Below are positions 34,915 to 44,400 of a DNA stretch of 64,000 nucleotides, one piece after another (positions within the stretch are counted from its first letter, which is position 1; each line of letters begins with the position of its first letter). The DNA comes from an uncultured delta proteobacterium (GTDB lineage: Bacteria > Desulfobacterota > Binatia > DP-6): contig CAWFFN010000005.1 in assembly GCA_963815115.1 (NCBI GenBank), forward strand, positions 960,001-1,024,000, read 5' to 3'. The position numbers and the translations under genes were made by a program. The notes below the pieces were generated by a model, which saw only the letters and a list, made by a program, of their open reading frames with translations, did no database searches and was not told the origin of the DNA.

Positions 34915-35705
34915 GTCGTCATCTCTCGATCGGGCTGCTCGTGGGTCTCGTCCTCGTCGGCGGTCCAGTGGCGGCCATGACCGGGCGCGAGGTCATCGAC
35001 ACGGCGCAGCAGCGCAACGGCTTCTCCACCTGGCACGACCGCACCGCCGCCGCGACCATGGAGACGTGGGACAAGGGAACCCTCGCCCGCACCCGCGAGA
35101 TCGACGTCACCGAGCAGACCGACCCGCGCGGCGAGCATCGGACCTTCCTCCGCTTCACGTCGCCGGCTGACGTCCAGAACACGCGGTTCCTCCACCTCTC
35201 GCCGCGCGACGACAAGGATCAGCAGTGGCTGTGGGCGCCCACCACGCGACGGGTACGACGCCTGGGCGACGCCCAGCGCGACGAGAACTTCTTCGGTACC
35301 GATCTGAGCTACCGGGACCTCGAGCTCCTGGTGCGGATCCAGCAGTGGAACGACGCCGAGGCCACCGCCACGCTGGTCGGAGAGGAGACGGTCGAAGGAC
35401 ACCCGTCCCGCATCGTGGAGCTGGTGCCCAAGAACAAGGAGTTTCCGTACTCCAAGTACCGGCTCTGGTTCGGCACCGACGATTTCCTGCTCTGGCGCGT
35501 CGACTTCTACGAGGACGACACGACCGTCCTGAAGCGCGTCACCCCGAAGCGTTACGAGAAGGTCGGCGCCTACCAGACCGCCGTCGAGTCGGACATTGCC
35601 AACCTCCCCGCGAACACCCGCACGAACTTCACGCTGCGCAACGTGCGCTACGACAACGGCGTGCCCGAGGGCATCTTCACGGTCTCCAACCTCGACAAGG
35701 GGTGA
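34911..35705 (+). CDS. outer-membrane lipoprotein-sorting (LolA-like) protein
   Basis: Signal peptide. FTSPADVQNTRFL...DQQWLWAP..RRVRRL...FFGTDLSYRD...FTVSNL. Confidence 0.88.
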   Translation: MSRHLSIGLLVGLVLVGGPVAAMTGREVIDTAQQRNGFSTWHDRTAAATMETWDKGTLARTREIDVTEQTDPRGEHRTFLRFTSPADVQNTRFLHLSPRDDKDQQWLWAPTTRRVRRLGDAQRDENFFGTDLSYRDLELLVRIQQWNDAEATATLVGEETVEGHPSRIVELVPKNKEFPYSKYRLWFGTDDFLLWRVDFYEDDTTVLKRVTPKRYEKVGAYQTAVESDIANLPANTRTNFTLRNVRYDNGVPEGIFTVSNLDKG

Positions 35706-35809
35706 GGCCTCTCGCTCGACTCCCGCGACGTCCGCCCTTTCCCTCGTGACGGACGCCCGACGAGTGCGATAGAGTCGCTGGACATGCGCGGGAGAGCCTT
35801 CAGGTAGCA

Positions 35810-37225
35810 ATGAGCAAGCACGTCGTGATCCTGGGCGCAGGCCTCGCCGGCCTGGCATGTGCGTACGAGCTTGCCAAGGCCGGCCAGCGCGTCACCGTGC
35901 TCGAGCGCGAGGAGCACGTCGGCGGCATGGCGTCGTCCTTCGTCGAGGAGGGATCGGAGCACTGGTCCTACGACTTCGGGCCGCACCGCTTCCACACCCA
36001 CGACGAGGATCTCAAGGCACACGTCAAGGAGGTCCTGAACGGGAACTGCCGCGAGGCGAAGCGGCTGTCGCGCATCGTGCTGTTCAACCGCTTCTTCGAC
36101 TACCCTCTCAAGGCCGGAAACGTGCTGCGGAACCTCCCGACCCGTCTGCTCGTGCGGGCGTTCCTCGACTACGCGTGGGTGCGATTCAAGGACGTGACCC
36201 GCCTCGAGCGCTTCCAGGACGACAACTTCGAGACCTGGGTCACCCGCCGCTTCGGCCGCACGCTCTACCGGCTCTTCTTCGGTCAGTACACCGAGAAGGC
36301 CTGGGGCATGCCGCCGAACCGCATCTCGGCCGACTGGGCGAGCCAGCGGATCTCGCTCCTGAGTCTCGCCGACACGGTGAAGAAGACGCTCTTCCGGCCG
36401 CGTGACGTGCCGCGCACGCTGGTGACCGATTTCATCTACCCGGACCAGGGCGGGATCGGCGAGCTGGCGCGCGGGTACACGCGGGCGATCCGGGACCTCG
36501 GCGGCACGGTGCTCGTGGACATGCCCGCCGTGCGCGTGCATCGCGACGGCTCGTGGATCACGCGGATCGAATACGGCCTGAGGGAGCGGAAGTTCGTCGA
36601 GGGCGATGCCTACGTGTCGACGATTCCCATCACGGCGCTGGCCCGCGCGCTCGTTCCTCCGGCACCGCCGGAGGTTCGCAAGGCCATCGCCTCGCTGGGC
36701 TACATCTCGATCGTCTTCATCTACCTCAAGGTCGACAAGCCGCAGGTGTCGCCCGACAACTGGCTCTACCTGCCGGAGAAGCACCTCACCGTGCACCGCA
36801 TCTCGGAGTTCAAGAACTTCAGCCCGCATTGCGCCCCGTCCGACAAGACGATGGTCTGCGCCGAGATCACCTGCCGTGGCGGCGACGAGATCTGGCGCGC
36901 GAGCGTCGAGGAGCTGCGGGACATCGCCGTGCGCGACCTCGAGAGCGTCGGCCTTCTGCATCGCTCCGAGGTGCTCGGTGCGTTCGTGAAGAAGATCCCC
37001 TATGCCTATCCGGTCTACGACGTGGAGTACCGCACGCACCTGACGCCGATCCTGGAGTACGTCCACACCCTCCGCAACATCCGCACCGGGGGACGCCAGG
37101 GGCTGTTCCGCTACAACAACATGGATCAGTCGGTCGAGATGGGCCGCCGCATGGCGTGGTCGATCCTGCAGGACGCCGACGCCGGCCACGAGGCGGTCGC
37201 CACCGGGGAGGGCTACTTCGGTTGA
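35810..37225 (+). CDS. FAD-dependent oxidoreductase (HemY/UDP-galactopyranose-mutase-like)
   Basis: Motifs GAGLAGL, DFGPHRF, YTEKAWG, ISADWASQRI, AYPVY, GRQGLFRYNNMDQS. Confidence 0.85.
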   Translation: MSKHVVILGAGLAGLACAYELAKAGQRVTVLEREEHVGGMASSFVEEGSEHWSYDFGPHRFHTHDEDLKAHVKEVLNGNCREAKRLSRIVLFNRFFDYPLKAGNVLRNLPTRLLVRAFLDYAWVRFKDVTRLERFQDDNFETWVTRRFGRTLYRLFFGQYTEKAWGMPPNRISADWASQRISLLSLADTVKKTLFRPRDVPRTLVTDFIYPDQGGIGELARGYTRAIRDLGGTVLVDMPAVRVHRDGSWITRIEYGLRERKFVEGDAYVSTIPITALARALVPPAPPEVRKAIASLGYISIVFIYLKVDKPQVSPDNWLYLPEKHLTVHRISEFKNFSPHCAPSDKTMVCAEITCRGGDEIWRASVEELRDIAVRDLESVGLLHRSEVLGAFVKKIPYAYPVYDVEYRTHLTPILEYVHTLRNIRTGGRQGLFRYNNMDQSVEMGRRMAWSILQDADAGHEAVATGEGYFG

Positions 37226-38193
37226 CGCCCGCCCTCGAGGCCGGCGCCCCGCTGACGCCGGCGCCGCCGGAGAGCGCCCCCGGGCGCATCGCGGTCCCGC
37301 GCTGCCTGCTCTGCGGCAGCGAGCGCGCCGATGCCCTGTTCGTCGAGCCGCCCCACACGGTCGTGCGCTGCGTCTCGTGCGGTCTCGTCTGGGTGACGCC
37401 GCGCTTCACGGAACGGTCACTCGCTGCGGTGTACGACGCGAGCTACTGGCGGTCGGTCGCGCCGCGGGCGCGCGGCTACGCCGATTACCGGCGCGACCAG
37501 CCCCTGTACTTGAAGACGTTTCGCAAGCGGCTCGCGGTCGTGCGGCGCCACGTCTCCCGTGCGGGTACGCTGCTCGACGTCGGCTGCGCCGCCGGCTTCT
37601 TCATGCAGGTGATGCGCGACGAAGGCTGGACGGTGTACGGCGTCGAGCCCTCGGCGGGGATCGTCGCCCATGCGCGCGAGCACCTCGGGCTCGGCACCAT
37701 CCACGTCGGGACGCTCGACGGCGCGCCGCACGCCCCGGGCACGTTCGACCTCGTCACGTTGTGGGACGTCATCGAGCACGTGCCCGATCCGATCGCCTTG
37801 CTGCGGCGTGCGCGCGAGCTGCTCCACCCGGACGGCACCCTCATCCTGGAGACCCAGGACGTCGACAGCCTGGTGGCCCGCCTGCTCGGCAGGCGGTGGC
37901 ATCACTTCAAGCACGACGAGCACCTCTATCACTTCGGCCGTTCCACGGTCCGCGCGCTGCTCGCCCGCGCCGGCCTGCACGTCGTCGAGATGGCCCACGG
38001 CTCGGCGGGGAAGTACGTCTCGCTGGGCTTCGTCGCGGAGCGCGCGGCCCGGATCCACCCCGCGCTGTCGCGCCTGCTGCGGCCGCTCGCCCGCGCGGAG
38101 AAGGCCAACCTCTACGTCAACCTGGGCGACGAGATGATCGTCGTCGCCCGCCCGGACCGCGCTTCGACCGAGCGCGGCCGCGGCGAAACGTGA
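37222..38193 (+). CDS. class I SAM-dependent methyltransferase with N-terminal CxxC/CxxC zinc motif
   Basis: Motifs CLLCG...CVSCG, LLDVGCAAGFF, FDLVTLWDVIEH, EHLYHF. Confidence 0.88.
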   Translation: MTPALEAGAPLTPAPPESAPGRIAVPRCLLCGSERADALFVEPPHTVVRCVSCGLVWVTPRFTERSLAAVYDASYWRSVAPRARGYADYRRDQPLYLKTFRKRLAVVRRHVSRAGTLLDVGCAAGFFMQVMRDEGWTVYGVEPSAGIVAHAREHLGLGTIHVGTLDGAPHAPGTFDLVTLWDVIEHVPDPIALLRRARELLHPDGTLILETQDVDSLVARLLGRRWHHFKHDEHLYHFGRSTVRALLARAGLHVVEMAHGSAGKYVSLGFVAERAARIHPALSRLLRPLARAEKANLYVNLGDEMIVVARPDRASTERGRGET

Positions 38194-38200
38194 GACGCGG

Positions 38201-38941
38201 ATGGACGCGACCGCCTACCGGCAGTTCGCAGAACTGGAGGACAGCCATTTCTGGTTCCTCGCCCGGCGCCGGATATTCTTCCATCTGCTCGATCGGCTGC
38301 TCGAGGGACGCCAGGGACTTCGCATCCTCGAGATCGGGTGCGGGAGCGGCGGCATGCTCCGGACGCTGTCACGCTACGGCGAGGTCATGGGACTCGACAT
38401 CTCGCTCGACGTTCTTCGCTTCGCGCGCTCCCGGGGTGGGGAGGGGCTGTGTGTCGCATCGGGCCACGCGCTGCCGGTCCAGCCGCATTCGCTCGATCTG
38501 ATCACGCTGTTCGACGCCATCGAGCACATCCCGGACGACGTCCAGGTCCTCCAGGAGTGTCATCGTGCGCTCAAGCCGGGGGGCCTCGTCTTCCTGTCGG
38601 TCCCCGCGTACCAGTTCCTGTACGCGAACAACGACCGGGTCGCGCACCACTTGCGTCGCTACACGCGACGCCAGCTCCGGCATCGACTGTCGGCCGCCGG
38701 CCTGGCCCCGGTCAAGGTCACCTACTTCAACACGCTCCTCTTCCCGCTGATCCTCCCCACCGTGCTCATGAAGAAGCTCCAGGAATCGTTCCGGCCGGTC
38801 GGGGATCGGACCAATCTGTCGCACCACGTGCCGGCGCCGCTCAACCGGCTGCTCGCCGACGTCATCGGCAGCGAGCGACATCTGCTCTCCGGCATGAACT
38901 TCCCCTTCGGGCACTCGATCATCGGCGTCGGGCGCGCCTGA
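38201..38941 (+). CDS. class I SAM-dependent methyltransferase
   Basis: Motifs EDSHFWFLARR, LEIGCGSG, FDAIEHI, SVPAY...HLRRYT. Confidence 0.9.
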   Translation: MDATAYRQFAELEDSHFWFLARRRIFFHLLDRLLEGRQGLRILEIGCGSGGMLRTLSRYGEVMGLDISLDVLRFARSRGGEGLCVASGHALPVQPHSLDLITLFDAIEHIPDDVQVLQECHRALKPGGLVFLSVPAYQFLYANNDRVAHHLRRYTRRQLRHRLSAAGLAPVKVTYFNTLLFPLILPTVLMKKLQESFRPVGDRTNLSHHVPAPLNRLLADVIGSERHLLSGMNFPFGHSIIGVGRA

Positions 38942-41243
38942 CGCCCGGCCGTCGGAGCGAGGCCAGCGAGACGGCGAGGATCGCCGCCAGGGCGAGGCTG
39001 CTGATGGTGGCGCCGGTCCGGAAGGTCGCCGGGCGGTAGGCGAACTCGACGCGATGGTCACCCGCGGGGACGGGAACGCCCCGGAACAGGTAATCGGCGC
39101 GCAGGATCGGCGCGGGCTCTCCGTCGACCGTCGCCTGCCAGCCCGGATAGTACTGGTCGGTCAGCACGAGCAGCCCTGGTGGACCGCTCGTCTCGACCAC
39201 GACACGTCCCGGACGATACTCGCTGATGCGAGCCTGCGAAGGGCCCGCCGTGCCGCCCGCGGCGGGCGGCACGGCGACCGGTTGCTCGACGAGAGCCACC
39301 TGGAGCGGGTCGATCGCGCTCAGTCGATCGAGCAGCCGATCCGGCTCCTCGATGGTGACGATGCTCGGTGCCACGAAGGCACGCGGCACGGCGTGCGGGT
39401 CCTCGTAGAGAGACACGCCGGCCTCTCGCCGGACGAGTCGCCACGCGCGCTCCACGTCCAGGGAGGGATCGAGGTAGCGCTCCTTGTCGCTGTCCTGGAT
39501 GAGGAAGAAGCGGATGCCGAGAAGGGACGCGAGCCGGACGTTGCTCGGGGCGAGATGGAGGGGAACGTAGCCGAAGGGATCGATCGGCCATCCCTCGAGG
39601 AAGGCGCCCGGGGCCTGAAAGCGCAGGTAGCGCTCGATGCGGGCGCTGGCGAGCCCCTCGTAGTCCGTCGGCAGCCAGAGGCCGTGCACCTGGCCCGCCT
39701 TGGCGACGTCGGAGAAGAAGTAGAGCGGGTCGTCGGGCCGGAAGGAGGCCCAGATGTACGTGCGCTCGAGCCCCTGCGCACCGAGGACCTCGCGGACGAA
39801 TGGATCGAGGCGCGCGAAGTAGGTGCCGAGCTGGGAGGGCAGCGCGCCGTGCACCGGGGTGCCGCGCCAGAGATCGACCAGCACGAGCGCGGCGATCGCG
39901 AGTGCCAGGGCGGACCGGGCACGGTGGCCCCGCAGTGCGCGCGCCGGCCAGCCGACGAGCGCCGCCGCGACGGCACAATAGAGCACTGCCAGCCAGGCGC
40001 CCGTACCGCGGGCCGCCGCGAGTGCGCCGATGGCGACGATGGCGAGTGCGCCGAGCGCGGGCCGCCACGCGCTGGATCGCCGTCCGATCTCGTCCAGCCC
40101 CGCGCCGCACAGGACGGCGACCGCGAAGCCGAATACCACCAGGGCGCGGTCCGGTCCGCGGAACCAGCTGCCGCCGGGCAGGTGATAGAGGATCGGATAC
40201 ACGAAGGCGTGCGGCCCGAAGGCGTAGAGCACGGAGCCGGCGCCGATGCCGGCGATTGCCAGGGCCATGCCTCTCGCCCGCCACAGCACCACGCCGGCCA
40301 GCGCGAGGGCGAGCGGGACGATCCCGACGTAACCCTCGCGGAGCACGCCGGGGTAGGCGAGCCCGAGCTGCGGGTGCGGGCTCGGCTCCGCGCTGACGAG
40401 ATTGCGCAGGAAGATGCTCGGGTCCGCGGACATGCTCGCACTGACCTCGATCGGCAGGCTTCCCGGCGGTCGCCAGCTCTCCCGGGCGAGCTCGGCCGCG
40501 GGGACCAGCCGCACCGCGGCGAGCGCCACTCCGAGCCCGAACGCGCACGCCAGCACCGCGGTCGCGCGGAGCGCAACGCGTGCGCCGGCGTGGCGCCAGC
40601 GCCGGACGACGCCGTAGGCGACCAGCGGCACCAGGGTCCAGGCGGTGAAGTAGGCGAACTGGAGTCCGTGACCACCGAGCAGGCTCACCCCGAAGGTGGC
40701 CGCCAGCAGAGCGCAGCGGCGCGGGGTGGGGCGCTCGAGGATGCGGTGCGTGAGCAGGAAGATCGCGGGCATCCAGGCGACGGACGCGAGATAGCTCGGA
40801 TAGTGCAGCTTGATCATCATGCCGCCCTGGAAGGCGAACACGATCCCCGCGACGAGCGCGGCGGGGGCGCGCATCCCGAGGGCCCGGCAGAGCAGGTGCA
40901 TCGTGACGCCAGCGATCGCGAGGTGCAGCACGATGTCCACGGTGATGGCGGTCGCCGGCGGCAGGAAGAGAAACGTCACGTACAGCGGATAGAGGAAGCC
41001 GACGATGGGCGAGGCGAGCAGCGGCACGCCGGCCAGCTGGTGGGGGTTCCACAGGGGGAGTGCTCCGGCGCGCATCTGGTCGAAGCCGTAGCGCAGCATC
41101 GGGTAGTAGTAGGCGACGAGATCGCTGACCGACGGCCCCGTCGGGCTCTGGGCGACGCTCAGCACCTTCACCTCGAGGAAGACGGCGCCCAGCACGAGGT
41201 AGAGCGCCGCCGCTCGGAGGAGCGTCATCGGGACGCGAACCAT
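38919..41243 (-). CDS. YfhO-family polytopic membrane protein (GT-C-like)
   Basis: Motifs DLVAYYYP, LPLWNPHQLAGVP, many TM segments, C-terminal LVLTDQYYPGWQATVDG...RADYLFRGVPVPAGDHRVEFAYRP. Confidence 0.9.
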   Translation of the reverse strand: MVRVPMTLLRAAALYLVLGAVFLEVKVLSVAQSPTGPSVSDLVAYYYPMLRYGFDQMRAGALPLWNPHQLAGVPLLASPIVGFLYPLYVTFLFLPPATAITVDIVLHLAIAGVTMHLLCRALGMRAPAALVAGIVFAFQGGMMIKLHYPSYLASVAWMPAIFLLTHRILERPTPRRCALLAATFGVSLLGGHGLQFAYFTAWTLVPLVAYGVVRRWRHAGARVALRATAVLACAFGLGVALAAVRLVPAAELARESWRPPGSLPIEVSASMSADPSIFLRNLVSAEPSPHPQLGLAYPGVLREGYVGIVPLALALAGVVLWRARGMALAIAGIGAGSVLYAFGPHAFVYPILYHLPGGSWFRGPDRALVVFGFAVAVLCGAGLDEIGRRSSAWRPALGALAIVAIGALAAARGTGAWLAVLYCAVAAALVGWPARALRGHRARSALALAIAALVLVDLWRGTPVHGALPSQLGTYFARLDPFVREVLGAQGLERTYIWASFRPDDPLYFFSDVAKAGQVHGLWLPTDYEGLASARIERYLRFQAPGAFLEGWPIDPFGYVPLHLAPSNVRLASLLGIRFFLIQDSDKERYLDPSLDVERAWRLVRREAGVSLYEDPHAVPRAFVAPSIVTIEEPDRLLDRLSAIDPLQVALVEQPVAVPPAAGGTAGPSQARISEYRPGRVVVETSGPPGLLVLTDQYYPGWQATVDGEPAPILRADYLFRGVPVPAGDHRVEFAYRPATFRTGATISSLALAAILAVSLASLRRPGVRRARRR

Positions 41244-41289
41244 ATCCGGCGGTCGAACCGGGCGACAAGGGAGCGCGCGCGGACCGACT

Positions 41290-43851
41290 TCACTCGTCCC
41301 GCAAGGCGTCGAGGACCGGCAGCCGCGCGATCCGGCGGGCCGGCAGCAGGCCGGCGGGCACGCTCACCAGCGCGGCCGCGAGCGCCGCGAGCGGCACGCT
41401 GCCGAGCGAGAGGTGGAGATCGAGGTCCCAGCCCAGCTGGTAGGCGAAGTTCACCCGCACCCAGAGCACGGAGAGCAGGCAGCCCATGGCGAGACCGCCG
41501 ACGAAGCCGAGCACGCCGACGCCCGCCGCCTCGGCGACGACGCTGCGAGCGACCTGGCTCCGGGTCGTGCCCGCGGCGCGCAGCAGCGCGAGCTCGTGGC
41601 GCCGGTCGAGCGCGACCGCGAGGAGTGCCTCCGCCAGTCCGAGCGCGGCGACCACCAGGGGCAGGACCTCGAGCGCATGCGTGAAGCGGAAGGAGCGGCG
41701 CACGACGTCCTGGTGATAGGCGTAGAGCTCGCGCTGCGTCAGCACCTTCAGGCCCTCCTCGCGGCCGATGTCGGCGGCGATGGCGCGGCGCACGTTCTCC
41801 ACGGTGGCGTCCGGCGCCAGCGAGACGTGGAACCGGGTCACGGTCGGGTCTCCCCACCATCGCGTCCATGCGTCGCGGGTCATGATGATGCTGCCGCGCG
41901 GCGACACGTAGTCGACGACGATGCCCGCCACGGTCGGCTCGAAGCGTCCGCCGGGCGTGTCGAGGGCGAGGTGATCGCCGACGCGGACGCCGAAGAGGCG
42001 CGCGAAGTTGCTCGACACGAGGACCGCATCGCCCGCCCGCACCGCTGCCAGGGCGGCGGTCGGATCGCCCGCGGAGAAGACGAAGTCGTCACGCCGCTCG
42101 GACGCGAAGGCGCCGGTCTCGAGCGAGTCGACGCCGACGCGCTGGCCACGAAAGTCGTACTCCGCGAGACGCACGCGCTCGACCCGGACCACGCCGGGCA
42201 GCGCGGCGAGCCGGTCGCCGATCGATTCGGGAAGCGGCGACTCGATCCAGCCCGTCGCGGCCGTGGACGCGACCACCAGGTCGGCCCGCACCTGGTGGCG
42301 GATGAAGTCGAGGACGGACGCCTCGAAGCTGCGCGCCAGCGTTCCGGCCATCAGCATCAGCCCGAGCCCGAGGGCGAGCACCGCCCCCGCCAGCGCGAGT
42401 TGGTCCGGGATGCGAACCAGCCGATCCACGGCGAGCCGCGCCGCGAACCCGACGCGGGTTCGCAACGGACCCAGCACCACCGCGCTGAGCCCGCCGGCCA
42501 TCCGCATGAACAGGCAGACCAGGGCCACGTCCGTGGCGATCGCGGCGATGTTGCCCGCCCAGGCAGAATCGAGGCGAATCTGGGCCGCGAATCCCGCCAG
42601 CGCGACGAGGATCGCGCCGGGCACCACGCCCGGCGCGGGCCAGCGCCGTCCGACCGGCGTGCTGCCGGCCGTCCGGACGGCCGCGAGCGGCGAGATGGCG
42701 GTCGCGGTGCGGGCGGGGAGCAGCGCCGCCACCAGCGTGGCCCCGAGGCCCGCCGCCGCCCCGAGGGCGATGGCACGCGGCGACACGTCGAGGGCGGATC
42801 GGAACAACCGGAGCGAGAAGACCAGCTCGGCGGATTCGGTGACGGTGTCGAGCAGCAGGCGCGCCAGGACGACGCCCAGCAGGACGCCGAGCGCGGTGCC
42901 CACCACGCCGAGGAGCGCGGCCTCGCCAAGCACCAGACGGAGCACGTGGCGGCGCGCGGCCCCGATGCAGCGAAGCAGGCCGATCTGCTGCCGGCGTGCC
43001 GCGACGCTGGTGGAGACCGCGCTCGCCACCACGAAGATCGCGGCCAGCAGCGCGAGGCCCGAGATCCCCGAGAGCAGCGTGCGGTAGGAGCGCAGGATGC
43101 GCTCGATCTGCTCGCCGCGCCGGGCCGGGCGCAGTACCTCGGTGCCGGGCGGCAGCACGGCCCGCGCGGCGCGCTCGGCGGCGTCGACGTCCACGTCGGG
43201 CGCGAGGGCGATGTCGACCTGATCGATCAGACCCTCGCGACCGAGGACGGCCTGCGCCCCGACGACGTCCATCAGGAGCAGGTTGCCGCCGAACGCGCGT
43301 CCGACGCCCCCCGGGGGCAGGATGCCGCGCACGGTGAACGTGCGGACGCCGACCGGCGTGCGCAGCCGGAGCGTGGTGCCGACGCGGGCATCGATCCGGC
43401 GAGCGAAGACGTCGGTCAGGATGATGCTGGCCGGGTCGACCAGGAAGGACAGCGGATCGTCGACCACGTGGTCGCCCGAGCGCACGAGGCGGAGGGTCTT
43501 GATGGCATGGCCGTCGGTGACGTCGGCCGCGAAGACCGAGAGCGCCTCGCCGGCCGCGGCACCGTCGACGACGAAGAAGGTGTCGGTGAGGATCGGGACG
43601 GCGTGCTCCACGCCGGGCAGATCGCGCAGCCCGTCCGCGACCGCTTCGGGGAACGGGCCGTGGCCGCGCACCTGCAGGGCGGCGGTGCCGGCCAGATCCT
43701 CGATCGCGTCCGTGAAGGCGCCGAGGGTGCTCGCGTTGATGACCTCGATGGCCACCACGAGGGCGACGCCGCAGGCAATGCCCGCCGCGGTGAGGGCAGC
43801 GCGCGCCCCGTGACTGCGCAGCTGGCGGCGCATGAGGAGGAGGAGGGGCAT
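41290..43851 (-). CDS. FtsX/MacB-type ABC transporter permease (duplicated domain)
   Basis: LTAAGIACGVALVVAI, two FtsX domains (RRQQIGLLRCIGA; RRHELALLRAAG), C-terminal LLPARRIARL..LDALRDE. Confidence 0.9.
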   Translation of the reverse strand: MPLLLLMRRQLRSHGARAALTAAGIACGVALVVAIEVINASTLGAFTDAIEDLAGTAALQVRGHGPFPEAVADGLRDLPGVEHAVPILTDTFFVVDGAAAGEALSVFAADVTDGHAIKTLRLVRSGDHVVDDPLSFLVDPASIILTDVFARRIDARVGTTLRLRTPVGVRTFTVRGILPPGGVGRAFGGNLLLMDVVGAQAVLGREGLIDQVDIALAPDVDVDAAERAARAVLPPGTEVLRPARRGEQIERILRSYRTLLSGISGLALLAAIFVVASAVSTSVAARRQQIGLLRCIGAARRHVLRLVLGEAALLGVVGTALGVLLGVVLARLLLDTVTESAELVFSLRLFRSALDVSPRAIALGAAAGLGATLVAALLPARTATAISPLAAVRTAGSTPVGRRWPAPGVVPGAILVALAGFAAQIRLDSAWAGNIAAIATDVALVCLFMRMAGGLSAVVLGPLRTRVGFAARLAVDRLVRIPDQLALAGAVLALGLGLMLMAGTLARSFEASVLDFIRHQVRADLVVASTAATGWIESPLPESIGDRLAALPGVVRVERVRLAEYDFRGQRVGVDSLETGAFASERRDDFVFSAGDPTAALAAVRAGDAVLVSSNFARLFGVRVGDHLALDTPGGRFEPTVAGIVVDYVSPRGSIIMTRDAWTRWWGDPTVTRFHVSLAPDATVENVRRAIAADIGREEGLKVLTQRELYAYHQDVVRRSFRFTHALEVLPLVVAALGLAEALLAVALDRRHELALLRAAGTTRSQVARSVVAEAAGVGVLGFVGGLAMGCLLSVLWVRVNFAYQLGWDLDLHLSLGSVPLAALAAALVSVPAGLLPARRIARLPVLDALRDE

Positions 43852-43924
43852 CGGCCACTCCGAAGTCGCACGAGTCCGGCTCTCGCCTCAAGTCCGGCGT
43901 GTCGAGCGGACCCATCGACCTGAC

Positions 43925-43953
43925 TTGCGCGGAGCCCGGCCCCTTGCTACCCG
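43925..43953 (+). promoter_or_regulatory. possible sigma70 promoter giving a leaderless transcript for the dodecin operon
   Basis: TTGCGC-N17-TACCCG with an extended TG, ending 6 nt before the GTG at 43960. No SD present. Confidence 0.3.
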
Positions 43954-43959
43954 ACCTTC

Positions 43960-44160
43960 GTGGCAGTCGCGCGGGTGACGGAGATCATCGCCTCCTCCCC
44001 GGACGGGTTCCGGGAGGCGGTCGAGGAGGGCATCACGCGCGCCACGCGCACGCTGCGCAACATCACGGGACTCGAGATCACGGGCAAGCGCGTCAAGGTG
44101 GCGCGCGGACAGATCGTCGAGTACCGGGTGGACATGAAGATCGTGTTCCTACTCGAGTGA
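43960..44160 (+). CDS. dodecin-family protein (copy 1)
   Basis: VARVTEIIASSPDGFREAVEEGITRATRTLRNI...IVEYRVDMKIVFLLE. Confidence 0.9.
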   Translation: MAVARVTEIIASSPDGFREAVEEGITRATRTLRNITGLEITGKRVKVARGQIVEYRVDMKIVFLLE

Positions 44161-44184
44161 GCCGCCGGGTCGGAAGGGAGGACC

Positions 44185-44391
44185 ATGGCCGTCGCGCGCA
44201 TCACGCAGGTGATCGGGGCGTCTCCGCACAGCTGGGAGGATGCGGTGCGCAATGCGCTCGAGCGCGCCAACCGGACGCTGCGCGGCATCACCGGCATCGA
44301 GGTGCTCAAGGAGAATGCCGCCGTGGAGGACGGCAAGATCGCCGAGTACCGTGCCACGGTACAGGTCACCTTCGTTCTCGAGGGCACCTGA
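44185..44391 (+). CDS. dodecin-family protein (copy 2)
   Basis: VARITQVIGASPHSWEDAVRNALERANRTLRGI...IAEYRATVQVTFVLE. SD GGGAGG. Confidence 0.92.
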   Translation: MAVARITQVIGASPHSWEDAVRNALERANRTLRGITGIEVLKENAAVEDGKIAEYRATVQVTFVLEGT

Positions 44392-44400
44392 GAGGGTCCC

